A stretch of 64,000 nucleotides of DNA. Origin: Octopus sinensis (Eukaryota). The position numbers and the translations under genes are program-made. Of the stretch, positions 1 to 13,662 are shown piece by piece (the stretch's first letter is position 1; the number at the start of each line of letters is the position of its first letter). The DNA is taken from NCBI RefSeq assembly GCF_006345805.1, contig NC_042997.1, positions 100,378,001 to 100,442,000 on the forward strand, read 5' to 3'. The notes beneath the pieces were generated by a model. It did no database searches and was not told where the DNA came from. It saw nothing but the letters and a program-made list of their open reading frames with translations.

Positions 1-1999
1 ATTGCAGGAACGTGTCAAGTTTGAGTGTATGTGAATGTTTATGTTCATACTAGTCATAAGAAAAACTATTATTTATATTGTTTCTTTAGGAGGGGACTTT
101 CTTCAGAACATGGAATAACAATGTTTTGCACCTTTGATAAACAGTCACTGATATTAAATAATTCTCGAAGACTTGGATATTAAAGAAAATGTTTAATATC
201 CAAATTGACAGTAAGAATTAAAGATATATTCTGCTGCATAGTGAGTGCCAAGTTATTTTAACTAGGATTTACAGTAGTTGCGCAAGTGTATTCTAGTACA
301 TCTTCATGTTGAGCAACGTCTTGTAAGAGGAATTTATTAGATGGAAACTGTGCAGAAACCTGTCGTGTATGCGCGCGCGCGTGTATGTTTATGTTTACAT
401 CAGTCTAAAAAGAACAATCAATGTTATGTATCCTTTATGTCCTTTAACAGACCGGTAAAAATAAGTACTAAAATGAAACAAATATTGGGATATATACAAT
501 CGATTAAAAACGTTTCAAGGTTGAGCCCTAGTTAGACGGTTCAAAGACTACAATCATTAAAAAAGTAAATAGAAACAAACGAATTATATTACTTGATCAA
601 TTAACAAACATTATTATGACAGCTCAGTTAAATTAAGCTTTATGATTGAGATCTTAACAAAACAAAACAAAAAATTAATATTTGTTTTATATTTGTAGTA
701 TTTCTCAGTTATTTTCTCAAGTATTTCTCAATAAATGTTAGTGACAGTTCGTCAGAGAAGGTGCATGACCTTCAATCACCTAATATCTTAGAGGGCCATG
801 TTCAGAAGAAAGTTATCTGCCTATTAAACCTTCATTATCTGATATACTACCGTGCTATTTCTCTACATCTTAAATCATAACAGACTTCGTTTTTCAGAAA
901 TTGGCACATGTATACCATGTCGACCCAAAACTGACGCTTCCTTGTTAACAAAACAGTCAATTTACCCAAAGCTCGCACTAAACATGTGTAATTTCTTTAA
1001 TTCAATGACTGTCCCTCACCCCAATAAAACTCTCTACTCCAATATAATTCTTCATTAGACACCAAATTTCACCACATTAATCACACGAAGCTTATCTACA
1101 TTTATTTGATTCAAAAGACGCTTTAGATTTTATAGGAAAATGCGCCTCTACTTGGAACAGGTTTATAATCATAAATTTTCCTTATGCAATCTAATACAGA
1201 ATACACAATTGCTTTTGCAAAATTGTCAGTCTTGTCCTAGCCTTCTTTGTTATGCTTCATCAACTTCTAAACTGTTTTCACACCTTATCTAAGATATTAT
1301 TTACAAAAAGAGGTTAACTGTTTTCTTTCCCATTTTACATTTCCTCTTTAAGGTCCATGAACTTTCAGAAGCCAAAGCATCATACATTTAGTCAATACAT
1401 ATTGTAGCAGTTAATTTTTTTTTTTTTTTTGCGAGTGTGTTTGATGACAAGATATTCCATGAGTTAATAACTTTACTATGAATAGTAGGAAAAATATATT
1501 ATCATAAAAACAGTGAAATCTATTAATTGGTAGTTAGATCAATACAGATTCAAAATATCAACTAAATCATTTCATGTAATGCTAAACTAGAAATAAAAAA
1601 TGAAGCACTACTGAATTTTACATTAAAAACGTAGAAAAAAAAAATTTAAATGGCATTAAATTAAACCAGTATAAACAAAAGGTGTGTAAGGCAAAGACTG
1701 TTGACATAAATGGCACTGTGGAAAATATTTTCAAGAATTATTTGAATACACGAACTCTGATTACTGAAAGCCAACGACTTTAGATCGATATTCTGCATTC
1801 ATTCACATATTTACTCATCTCTCATCGAAGATGAAGTGGCTTCAGCAGAAACCATGAATTGAAGAAAACAATAAGATTGATTTATATGTGGTAGAGTATA
1901 TAGATGACTTAGATACATATACACAAGCGACGAATTCATTTATTTTATTGAATAGCTACATAATGCCAATCCTATTTGGACGATAATGCATGTATGCAA

Positions 2000-2054
<55 letters not shown>

Positions 2055-2847
2055 ATAATAAAGTTGTGATGTCTTGTTTTTTAAATTTATAAATTAGGAA
2101 AAAAATTAAAATCGTTTAAGTATATAAGAAAACCATGCTGTTAAAAGAAAACGTGTTTAGTGAAAAAATACACAAAATCTTTTGTTAATATATTCTATAA
2201 TTTGAATTTTATTGAACCTTCGCTAGAAATAAATCAGCTATCATCATCAATAGGTATTCCAAAAATTTATTCCTTTTAACAAGCTATTTAAGAGTGTGAA
2301 AAATTACTCATTTACTTTAATTCGTTAAAAAGCGGTTTCCATTTCGTTCAAAAACGAGAAAATTGTAGAGGAAGTGGTGCATAAAAAAGATAGCAGGCTG
2401 TAAAGAAGTGGGATATAAAGCAAAACGTGGACAACAGTATTGCAAATATAGAGGCAGAATAATGACTAGAAATAATTCTAAAACGAGTCTTCGCCGTAAG
2501 ACAAAAACAGGCGAATGCAATTTGAAATTCTTAAAAGCGATATTAATTATTCCAATTTAGGCGCACGCAAATTAAAAGAGAAGGAAATGGACTTACATTT
2601 TAAAATAAAATAAATACATAAATAAAGCACTCCTCCCCTCTATACATTTATTAATTAATATTTAGAATAAATCGTTACTGATTTAAACACACAACGTTAT
2701 ATATTTCATTTGAATTTATACTTAAAATCCCTTATTTTCTAAGTAAAATTAAAATAAAAGCAATATTAATTTCACAATTCCTTTTCGATAACACATAATT
2801 ACCGCAAACTCGATTGTGTGTGTGTGTGTATATATATATACACACAC

Positions 2848-2878
<31 letters not shown>

Positions 2879-3253
2879 TATATTTGAGGTCACAGTACAA
2901 AAATATTCATATATAAAAATTTTGAATATTGGAAAATATTTAAATAATCGAATGAAATAAAATGAATCAGATAAAGAATTGTCCGAATTAACGCAAGGGA
3001 TGAAATAATGACTGACTGCCGTGTGTTGCAGGAGCGGAACACACCAAGAAGCGTAGGGCCATTCGTCTAAACGTCGTTCGATTAGTTTAGGCCAAAAGGG
3101 ATGCAGTTAAAAATATCTACGTTCGAAAATTATCCAAATGGAAATTCTTACATATTTTATGGATTAAAACATTAAGCGATTATGTTAAAATTTTGTCTAT
3201 TAGGTGTTTATACATCACACATTTAACATCTGCTTTAGAATTTTGTATGTGTG

Positions 3254-3304
<51 letters not shown>

Positions 3305-4600
3305 TATATAGATATATATATATATAGATATAGATATATATATATATATAGATATAGATATATATATATATATAGAGATGTATATATATATTAGCTATTA
3401 TCTATTTAAAAGCTAATTTTATCTGAAAATGATTTATCGTAACCTTATGCATAACTTAAGACATTGTACAGATATATATGTATATCTATACTGCTCATAT
3501 AAAAAGAGAAAGAAAAAGCAATTAAAATATTGGAGCCATATTTAGATAACGGATATAAAAATATTTCCGAAATATATACTTAAAAAAAATAAGACATTAT
3601 AATTTATAAGATAATCAATTGTAAAAACAGATTAGGTTAAAGGAAATTATGAACGTGGGAGTCATTTTCCCCATTCAAGTGCAAGCACATGGCTTGTAGA
3701 GAATGTCATAACATCTAACGAAGAGATAATAAAAAAAATTATATTTAAGACAATTAGAATTTGATATTAATGAAATTAAAAACAAAACGAGAAGGAATAA
3801 TTATCAATAGAATATTAGTAATTTTAAGGGTGAATTTAAAGTCTCTTACCTACCTTAGCAAGCACTGTTTACCAGGGGTGCACAGTCCTTCGCTGCCCAA
3901 CTACAACAAAGACGGCCGATGACGTAAACTAGAATGATTAGTTGCAAACTTCTATGAGACGATGATTTTCGATTAAGTGTAATCCATTAAAAAACTAGAA
4001 ACGTTACAAAATTATTTTTTACGCCCCAAAACCCAAAAGCAAATATATATTGAAATGATGTTTATTTTTTCATCATAACAATTAACTGTGAACGATATCA
4101 TAGAACAGTTTTTGACGTTCATCGAGCGCAGGTGTCATCCTTTCTATTCTTTTATTCGCTAATTTCATGTCAGGAAAGCAAAATCCATAATTTTGTTATT
4201 AATTAAGTATTATGATTGTTGTAATTATTTTTATTGAAAATCATGTAATCTTCTACGCTGGGTTAAAAAATTTTTTTTGACCTTAATGGAAAGAAAAGAA
4301 AAATAAGAGTCAAATCTGCTTCATATGAATTATTTAAAAAAAAAGTTATAAATACAAAAAAATCATTATATATTATATTAAATTCTTTAGAAATTTAAAA
4401 CAAAAAAGGAGTGTATATAAATTATATATACTCTTAATTTTTATCTAGGTGTACGTACACAATCATAATGTCCATTCAGATTATGCTGCGGGACATTCTC
4501 TTTATCAGCTGTCAATTGGAGATCACTGATTTTGGCAACGTCTGATAATATCACTCGACTAACGTCAGGTTGCATTTATACTACCAAAGAGTGAATAGGT
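1..4600. promoter_or_regulatory. CpG-retaining region, possibly an unmethylated promoter or intergenic zone
   Basis: CpG is visibly frequent in non-repeat sequence (2330-2570, 2980-3130, 3880-4140) and rare after about 4800; judged by eye, not counted. Confidence 0.35.
3257..3392. repeat. (TA)n/(TAGA) compound microsatellite
   Basis: Direct reading. Other long (TA)n tracts at about 2005-2048, 9850-9896 (then (AAT)n), 14333-14373, 31735-31800, 39335-39372, 45059-45094, 48714-48810, 49733-49828; (ATG)n at 41118-41150. Confidence 0.97.
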
Positions 4601-6649
4601 GCAATACACACTTTTCCTTCTTTTATTCAGAATAATACCCTGCTAAATAACAATTAGCAATGTGCAGCAGTACTTTCATCTCTTCTATTAGGAAGATAAC
4701 CTTTCATTGCTCTCAACTCAGGCATACCCTTCATTCGCTTTGACCAAATTCATGATGTAGTATTCTCTGCTTTCTTCAGCAGATGTCAAAGACCTGACAT
4801 TTGCTTGAGTGCAGTGCCAACTTTTAGGACATTAGCCCTGTATAGAACCTTACATGACCTCATACACTATATTGCTTTTATTACATGGGACTGCCATATT
4901 AAGAAACCAATTTCCTTTTGTCAAATTTGACCATTCCATGTAATTACCTATTGCATACTGTTATGACTCAGGGACATGTTTTTTTCAAGACTTCTTGTAG
5001 TTTCAAAATTTTTTGCTTAATTGAAATCCTATACACATTTTCCTAAATTAAGATATTCAAAGTTCATCTAAATGCTAAATTTACATACATTCATTATGCC
5101 ATGCTATTGGCTTAAAATACAAGAATAAATCTTAAGAATCCAGATGTTCTCTCAGGTGTGTTTGTAAGAGAGAATTTACATATTTTTAGTACATTTTCTG
5201 AAAATCTATTCTTTTTATAGTTCCCATAACTAATAATATGAAATACTTTTGATGAGTTAAATAGCAGATAAATACACACACACATATTTTCTTTCATTAC
5301 TTGTTTCAGTTATTTGGCTGCAGCCATTCTGGAGCACCACCTTGAAGGGTTTTTATCAAACAAGTCAAACCCAGGACTTATTTTATCAGTTTCTTTTGCC
5401 AAATTACTAAGTTATGGGGGACGTGGACACACCAACATTGGTTGTCAAGCGGTAATGGGGGACAAACATGGACACAAAGATACACAATACATACATATAT
5501 ATATATACAATAGGTTTCTTTCAGTTTATATCTACCAAATCCACTCAAGGCTATGGTCGACCTGAGGCTGTAGTAGAAGACACTTGCCAATGTACCATGC
5601 AGTAGGATCGAATTTGGAGCCATGTGGTTGGGAAGTAAATTTCTTACCACACATCCATGATGTATATATTTTTATTAATATATAGCTAAAGCAATAGAGT
5701 GACTCAAAGGCTGGGAGTTTCATGCATTGGCACTTATACCTATATCTATGTATGTATATGTGTGTATATATCCCCCTTCCCCCTCCCTGGCACCTGTGCC
5801 GTGGCACATATAAAGCACCCACTATACTCATGGAGTGGTTGGCATTATGAAAGGCTTCCAGCTGTAGAAACACTGCCAAATCAGACTGGAGCCTGGTGCA
5901 GCCTCCTGGCTTCCCAGACCCCAGTCGAACTGTCCAACCCTTGCTAGCATGGAAAATGGACATTAAATGATGATGATTATGATATATATATATATATATA
6001 TACCCATGGGCAGCCTTCAACATTTTCTATCCCAGGAATTTTTAGCCCAATATCCTATAGCTTTATCTACTTAGAGTTTCACCATTAAAACTAACTATTA
6101 TAGATAGATAGATAGATAGATATAGATACAGTTGCATAAATTTATTAAAAACTTCCTTACAAGTTGAGTCAAGTGTTAGACCTAAAAAATAAAAGGTGTA
6201 ACACATAGACCAATACATTAGGAAAAATGCTTAATTAATTTATACCTACTCTTGTTCACTTTTAACTGACTTTAAGCATTGAATTCTCTGTAAATTGAGG
6301 ATTTCTATGATAATTTTTTATCTGGCTTATATATGTATGTATGTATATACATATTTGAATACCAAATTCCAACTTTCCTATCATAATAGATACTACTGGA
6401 TCACCCAGCAGAAGGAGTTTAACATGAATACTATTAAGAGCTGCAACCAAAATGGTAACTCTCTTGTGCACCTAGCACACATCCATCCACTTATCTGTAT
6501 ATGTATCTGTATATATATATATATATATAGATATATATATTTATCATTATCTCCAGTCAGTGATTGCGACTATGTTCATGATTTTGGCTTGACTAGATAA
6601 GCTTTTTCCATATTGGTTGCTTTTTCACTTGGGTTTGCCATTTATTATG

Positions 6650-7480
6650 ATCAATTCCTTTTCATTTCATGTTTCTTTTTGCAGTATCTTTGAATCTCAG
6701 TCTAGGTCTTTCCTGGTTTCTTTTCCCCTTGTATCATTGGGAGTAAAGGATTTTTTTGAGGAGTCTATTATAATCCATCCTGTATATATGGCCCAACCAA
6801 TGTAAATTTCTATCAATGAAGATTTCCATCATAGGAAGAAGACAGCATGCCATAGGATCTCTTCATTTCTGATCTTGTCAAAGAGAGTAATATTCTTGAT
6901 TCATCATAGCTGTCTCATCATCTATGCATATACTTGTCTACTTGAGCTTTATAGACTGTTCAGGTTTCATCTCCATACAGCTGGGAAGAAAGCACTACAG
7001 CCTGGTACACCTTACATTTGACACACATAGAAACATGCCTATTTTTCCACAGTCCCTTCTGCAGCCTGCCAAATAAAGCACTAGCTCTGCTCATTCTCTC
7101 TGTGATCTCCTGGTCCACTCGATGATGCTGCCTAGGTCTGTGGTTTTCAACCAGGGTTCCGCCAGTACAGTCCAGGGGTTCCGCAAGAAGTTACAAAACT
7201 GCTAAAATCGGCAGTAATTTTTAATTCTGTGCAGATATGTGTGCATAAGACTATTAAATTATTGCACAGGGGTTCCTCGAGCCAGTGGAATGTTTTCTTG
7301 GAGTTCCGCTCCAGCAAAAAGTTTGGAAAGCACTGGCCTAGGTATTTGAATGTTTTGTACAGGGCCAGCCTTTCATGTCCAATAGTGATGTTTTCTTCTG
7401 CAAGAGAAGAATTCACAGGTTGGTGAAGGCATTCTGGTTTTCTGATGTTAATCTTTAAGCATTATGAGCATTGTGGGTGT
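6650..7480 (-). mobile_element. RTE (BovB-like) LINE fragment split by a hAT MITE
   Basis: LYKTFKYLG right of the MITE continues left of it as RVDQEITERMSRASALFGRL...CVKCKVYQAVVLSSQLYGDET. Confidence 0.75.
7138..7335. mobile_element. hAT (Charlie-like) MITE, 198 bp
   Basis: Imperfect TIRs CTGTGGTTTTCAA / TTGGAAAGCACTG; exact 8-bp TSD GCCTAGGT (7130-7137, 7336-7343) with central CTAG. Confidence 0.88.
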
Positions 7481-8629
7481 AGGCATTACTAATGCTGCAG
7501 ATATAAATGTGAAAACAAAAAATGAAGGGAGAGAGGGTAAGTGGGCTGCTATCTGGTTTAGTTAGTCCACAGATGGGGAGGAGAGAAAGGAAAGGACGGT
7601 GAGATTACCAATATAAGAGGAGAGAGCGGAAGGGCAACTGGGTATCTGGTAAGAGAAAGAGATTTCTGGTATTGGTAGTAGGGGTGGGAAAGGGTGGGCA
7701 CAATCATGGATACAAAAACGTCATTTTAAGGGGCAGAGCAGACAAGTAAGAATTATTTTAGAGAAAAGTATGAAATATGTATATACATGTAGCCAAGAAA
7801 CAAGGTTAGTCATTTTAGGGGCAGAACAAACAAGAAAGAATTATTTTAGAGAAAAGAAGAGTTTGAGACTATATATATATATTAGTGGTGGAAGCAGTAT
7901 TAATTCAAAATATCATTCTGTGGATATACTGTAAAAAGCCATATAACAGCAGGATTCATCTTGAGAAAGCATCTTGTATATACATATATGTGAATGTATG
8001 TATGTGTGTATATATATATATATAATCTTTTCTACTCTAGGCATAAGGCCCGAAATTTTTGGGGAAGGCGGTCAGTCAATTAGTTTGACTCCAGTATGCA
8101 ACTGGTACTTAATTTATCAACTCTGAAAGGATGAACAGCAAAGTTGACCTCAGTGGAATTTGAACTCAGAATGTAAAGACATGAAATATCACTAAGCATT
8201 TTGCCCTATGTGCTAACGTTTCTGCCAGCTTGCCACCTTCATATACACATATTTAATAAGTAGTAAAAGAGATTGAAATGTCCATAAAGATATCTATAAA
8301 ACACTCAGTGTTAAATAAATTTGGTTAACTATATCCAGCAATCAGACACCAATAATGCAAGTAGAATAAATATCCATGGTAATTCCTCATAGGAGAATTT
8401 CAAAAATTCAGAATATAAGACAACAAAAATAAGAATGGAGAAAATCACATCTTTAATTGGTGATTACAACATACAATACTGATGATCATTTCTGTTATGC
8501 TAATATATTTAAATACAGAAAATATCAGTCAAATAAATATATCTGAAAATAAATGCCAATACAATGTTATCAAGGCAATCCTTCAAAGCGGACTAAGAAA
8601 ATATCCTTGAGGAAATGTGTAATTCTTCT

Positions 8630-8808
8630 ACAATAGGTGTAGGAGTGGCTGTGTGATAAGTAGCTTCATTACGAACCACATGGTTCCACATTCAGTCCCA
8701 CTGCTTGCCACCTTGGGCAAGTGTCTTGTACTATAGCCTCGGGCTGACCAAAGCCTTGTGAGTGGATTTGGTAGACGGAAACTGTCAGAAGCCTGTTGTA
8801 TATATGTG

Positions 8809-8839
<31 letters not shown>

Positions 8840-9025
8840 CTGTGTTTGTCCCCCCCAACATCGCTTGACAACCGGTGCTGGTGTGTTTAACTTAGCAGTT
8901 CGGCAAAAGAGACCAATAGAATAAGTACTAGGCTTACAAAGAATAAGTCCTGGGGTTGATTTGCTCGACTAAAGGTGGTGCTCCAGCATGGCCACAGTCA
9001 AATGACTGAAACAAGTAAAAGAGTA
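8630..9025 (+). mobile_element. tRNA-derived SINE, same family as 53030-53420
   Basis: Same head, body and tail. Related copies at about 5297-5660(-), 13225-13340(+), 35900-36060(-), 39710-39870(-), 46465-46620(+), 48850-49050(+), 58545-59030(+), 60320-60720(-). Confidence 0.85.
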
Positions 9026-9850
9026 ATAGTATTATTGAATTACAAAGGCAATTTTATATTGAAATGTTCTCACAAATATAGAAAAGCATTTAAATATTTC
9101 AATTTTAAATAACCCATTATAATTACTTCTGATATAATATAATATGCATAATTTTTCTAAAAATGTTTAGCATATCTAATTGATGTAGAACTTCTATATT
9201 TCAAATAGTCATAATGTAGAATTCATTTTTTATTCTTTCAGTCAAATGACAGAAACAAGTAAAAGAGGAAAAGAGTATCTAAAGACTTAATCAAAAGTTA
9301 AATTCTGAATTGGCTTTTCTCAGAATATTATATTTCATAATGTTCTTTTTGTATGCATTCATCTACTAGAGATACTTTCTTAGTTACCTTTGAATTTAAC
9401 CAATTTTGGATTGCCTTGATAACATTATGTTAGCATAATTTTCAGATATATCAATTTGACTGAGATTTTCTGTATCTAAATATGCTGACACAACAAAAAT
9501 AATCATCAGCACTGTATGGTGTAATTACCAATTAAAGATGTAATTTTCTGCATTCTTATTTTTGTTATCTATGTGTAAGTATATGTGTATATATATATAT
9601 ATCTTGAGCACTATGAAGTGTATTCTATACAGAGAATACCGGTCTCTACTCTATAAACTATATACCTTTTGCTCGGCCAACCACTACATATAGACAACAC
9701 TGATGGATGAGCAATTCTTGTTCATGTCTACAAAAAATATCCCGATCCCACCAAGGGATATATATATATATATAAATATATATATATGTATACATTTGTA
9801 CATTTTTGTATTAAATGTATTAAATATTTGTGTATGTGTATGTATATATA

Positions 9851-9920
<70 letters not shown>

Positions 9921-11849
9921 TTAGGGAATAAATCCAAACTTACAGGGAAAAATGAGATTTAGGATTAAATCCAATTTTATAGTATAAATATATTATATTA
10001 TATTATATTAAATTAGAGATAAAACCACTATTAGGCAAATCAAACAGTGAAAAACATAACCCAATACATAAAATTAATTTTAAAAGTTAAAAATAAAAAA
10101 TTATTTAAATAATTTAAACTTATAAATTTTATATATATATACAAATATATATATATATATGTATGTATATTTTATATTTTTATATTTTTATATTATTTTA
10201 TTTATTAATTAGTTAATTAATAAATTTTTTTTTTTTTTTTATATATATATATATATATATATCAAAAGTATTAAAAGTTTAATAAAAGATAAAGAGTATA
10301 TATATATATATATAACAAAGTGAAGTTATAAGATACCGCATGAGTGGAAATATATATGAAAGAAGGTTTGAAAATGCAATTTTAAAAGATGTTTATTCAC
10401 TTGACCGGTTTCACTCTTTTAGAAAAAGATTGTCAAAAGTAAATTGTAAAACTTTGTTGTGTTAAGTACTGGTTGTCACAAAATATTACAATACATATAT
10501 ACATTCTTTGATAAAAATAAGAAAATGTTAAAACAGTTTACAAGGAAAAATCTTGAGAAAATATTAAAGAGTTCATTAAAAATATTAGGATTTCATTAAA
10601 AATCATGTTTGTTTGGAAATATCTATATATATACACAGAAAATTATAAGTTCAAAAAGGTCATATTTTGGTGGTATATATATACACAGAAGGAGATATAT
10701 TTAGGAGTTTACAAAGAATTTGAGATGAACTGACCTGTTTTACCATTTTTTTCGTTTTCAGTCAGAAATATATTTTACTTTAGAGGTTAATGCTGCCAAT
10801 TAAAATACATGTGCTGATTATGTTTCGTTTGAGTTTTATTATCAATTGATTAGTTAATTAATTGATTCATTGGTTTGTAATTACTCTGCTACAATTTGAA
10901 CAGGAGAAACAGTTCATAGCATATGTGAAAGAATGGAAGTGTATATTTGCATGGTACAATGAAAAAAACCCAGCATTAGTACTCTACAACATATCAATGA
11001 TAAGCATGGTAGCTCAGTAGACAACATTGAGATAAAAATCCTTTCTACTAATCCACAGAACCTAACATTTAGGAAGCAACATAAATATGACCTCAGCTAT
11101 CTGTGACGCATTTAGATTTTTAAAATTTTACTGTGTATCTACCTACACCCACCACCACATGCACTGGGCATGCCCAATAATGGGCTGATTTAGTCACCAA
11201 CCACACAGTCATATACAAGTAGTACTGGACCATATGGTTAAGAATAGAGTATTGATGATGTCCACTAATACTCTATTCTCACACATTTCATACTAAATTC
11301 CAAACATGGAAGCAAAACCTAGAATTGAAAAGCTTCAATGAGTTTATCAAACACAAAAGCTTTGATACTAAAAAGAAATGTTTGAAAAGTACTGATTTAT
11401 GATGATTTACATAAGACACGAACTACAATCTATTTGCAAATGCCATATAAATGATTAACACAAATAGAAATCATTAATATTACATAATTCATCGGACAAA
11501 TAAAAATTGATAGTTTCTGTTTTGAAGTTTATTGTGCTACATAGTTGGTTGTCATTATTCATGTTTTTTAAAAAATTTTTGTGATTTAGCTTATCAGGAA
11601 TAGTTTTTGAAATGGATTATAAGTGTATATGAGTCTTGTGAATGTTGATTGTATAATGTGTACATAGATATATGGCTTTGTCAGAGTTACTTGGTAACTA
11701 GAGCCAAGAAAAATTTAGAGTACATTATTATAAAATTTGATTTGTGCAAGTGTGAACATGTCTATAAAAACTTTAAAAGTCAAGTATTATGATAAAGCAA
11801 ATCAGTATGTCCTGAGGTACATCTTTCATTTAAAACTAGTCTTTGAGCT

Positions 11850-12780
11850 CTACTTTGTATAGGCTCAGCCTAGTAGGATGATGCTCCAATCTCCACAAAA
11901 TAATATTTAGATGACAACTAATGAGATTCTGGTAAATTTAGTAGCATATGTATTGGAAAACCTTTTTTTGTATGATATTCAATATGAATGGTAATTATTT
12001 ACTTGCAAGTTAGATCAATATGCGGTTTCTATTCACAATTCTTAGCAACAATAATTCCTGTGAATTTAAAATGGTCAACATATTCTGTTCCATTTCCATA
12101 AAATTCAAGCTGAAGGATTGAGTCATCGGAAATGTGCTTTTAATGATGATGAAAGAGTATGCATTTAGCTTTTTTTTTTTAGATGTAGCAATAGAGATTA
12201 TGTTTAGTTAGCCGATTGATATGTTTTAAATGCTCATTATTTAAACCATTTGTGTTTGCTCTAATCAGATCTAACAGTGCAGAAGAGTAAATCCGTGATA
12301 TGATATCTGCATATAGAATAAAATCAAATAATCTTGAGTTCACAGAGATGTCAATCATATAGTTATCAATAAAAAAGGGTTCTAGAATAAAGCCTTGAAG
12401 GACACCAAGTGGGACAAGGTAGATGAGATAACATTGTAAGGTAACTGTGGAACAGTTGATGTCTTTGATTTCTAATTCTATAATAATATAATGTAGAGAG
12501 TAAAACATCGTGATCCCAGAGTTTCAAAAGTTTTTCAAATGTCCCTGAATATTCCAAGTGGTGTTTTAATCTTTTTCATTCATTTCTGATAAATATTTTC
12601 ACAATCAGTTCTATAGGTGCATACTGTGCAGAATGATTTCTGTGCAAATTATATTGGTTTTTGAAACGAATATAATTTTTATTCAGAAGGGGGTGAAGTT
12701 GCAAAAAGATAGTTTTTGCAAATACTTTAGGTATATTGGGAAGTAGAGAAATTGGTTGATCAAAAGTAGTTTGTTTTGTT
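11850..12780 (-). mobile_element. CR1/jockey-like LINE RT remnant
   Basis: QYNLHRNHSAQYAPIELI, DHDVLLSTLYYYRIRN, VPLGVLQGFILEP...FILYADI, VDHFKFTGII. Confidence 0.78.
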
Positions 12781-13364
12781 ATCTTTTTATAACATATAAA
12801 TAATTTTTGTGGTTTTTAATGGGTGAGGAAAAACTCAAATTTGGAAGGATTAACAACTAAGTAAACAAAGAAATTGTGCTAGTATACTTTTAAGAACTGG
12901 AGAAGACAATCTGCTTTTATAACTAGAGCACTACATTAGTGCTAAATCATTCATTATGTTTTTGCTTTTTTAGTTTTCTCTACAGATATAGGCTTAAAAA
13001 TTGATGTTGTAGTGGCAGAATGCACTTTGTCTAAAAGTTACCAATAGCTTTTAGAGAAAAATTTGAGTGTGTTTGCAAAAATATATCCTATACTATAGAA
13101 ATATTTTTATTAAAATTTTCAGTTTTGTTTGAAACTTTGAAGTCTTTATCATCACAAATAAAGCAAATAATCAAGGCATACATTTAGTTTCATTTTCTTA
13201 TTTAGAGTTTCATTGATATATGCAGGCATGGCCTTGTGGTAAGATATTTGCTTCTCAGCCACATGGTTTCAAATGTTTTCTATTATAGTGTCGGGCTGAC
13301 CAAAGCCTTGTAAGTGGATCTGGCAGATGGAAAGTGAAAGAGTTTGTGTATGTATATATACATA

Positions 13365-13660
13365 CGAGGTGGTATCAAAATGATCCTAGACTAGTTACGT
13401 TTAATAAAAAAACTTTTTTACCTAAGTTTTAACATCATCTCCTTTGAAATAGTCACCTTGTGCAGCAATACACTGGTCCCAGCATTCCAACCACTTTTGG
13501 AATCCAGCCTGGAAGTCATTTTCTGTGAGTCGAGGACCTTCTGCAATTTGGTCTGGATCTCGACAACAGTGTTAAAATGGTGACAGCTGAGTTGCATTTT
13601 CATCTTGGAGAAGAGATGGAAGTCTGCAGGTGCTAAATCTTGTGAATAGATGGGTACATA
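13365..13660 (-). mobile_element. Mariner 3' fragment with one TIR
   Basis: TA+CGAGGTGGTATCAAAA terminus; minus strand reads YSQDLAPADFHLFSKMKMQL and, after a frameshift, FQAGFQKWLECWDQCIAAQGDYF. Confidence 0.85.
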
Positions 13661-13662
13661 AA

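Noticed and set aside
690-760. Minus-strand CTGACGA followed by several GAAA
   Set aside because: No stem II joins the core halves; the GAAA copies come from a short TATTTCTCA triple repeat.
2317-2520. 67-aa minus-strand ORF with a hydrophobic stretch
   Set aside because: No recognisable family or supporting splice structure; the hydrophobicity reflects T-rich codons.
4450-4590. 44-aa minus-strand ORF (MQPDVSRVILSDVAK...) and closed plus-strand frames after acceptors at 4448 and 4630
   Set aside because: Short, with no homology recognised; all plus-strand frames hit stops within about 30 codons.
5314-6023. Overlapping ORFs of 82-163 aa
   Set aside because: They lie entirely in SINE, RTE-tail and (TA)n sequence; similar peptides recur at other repeat copies.
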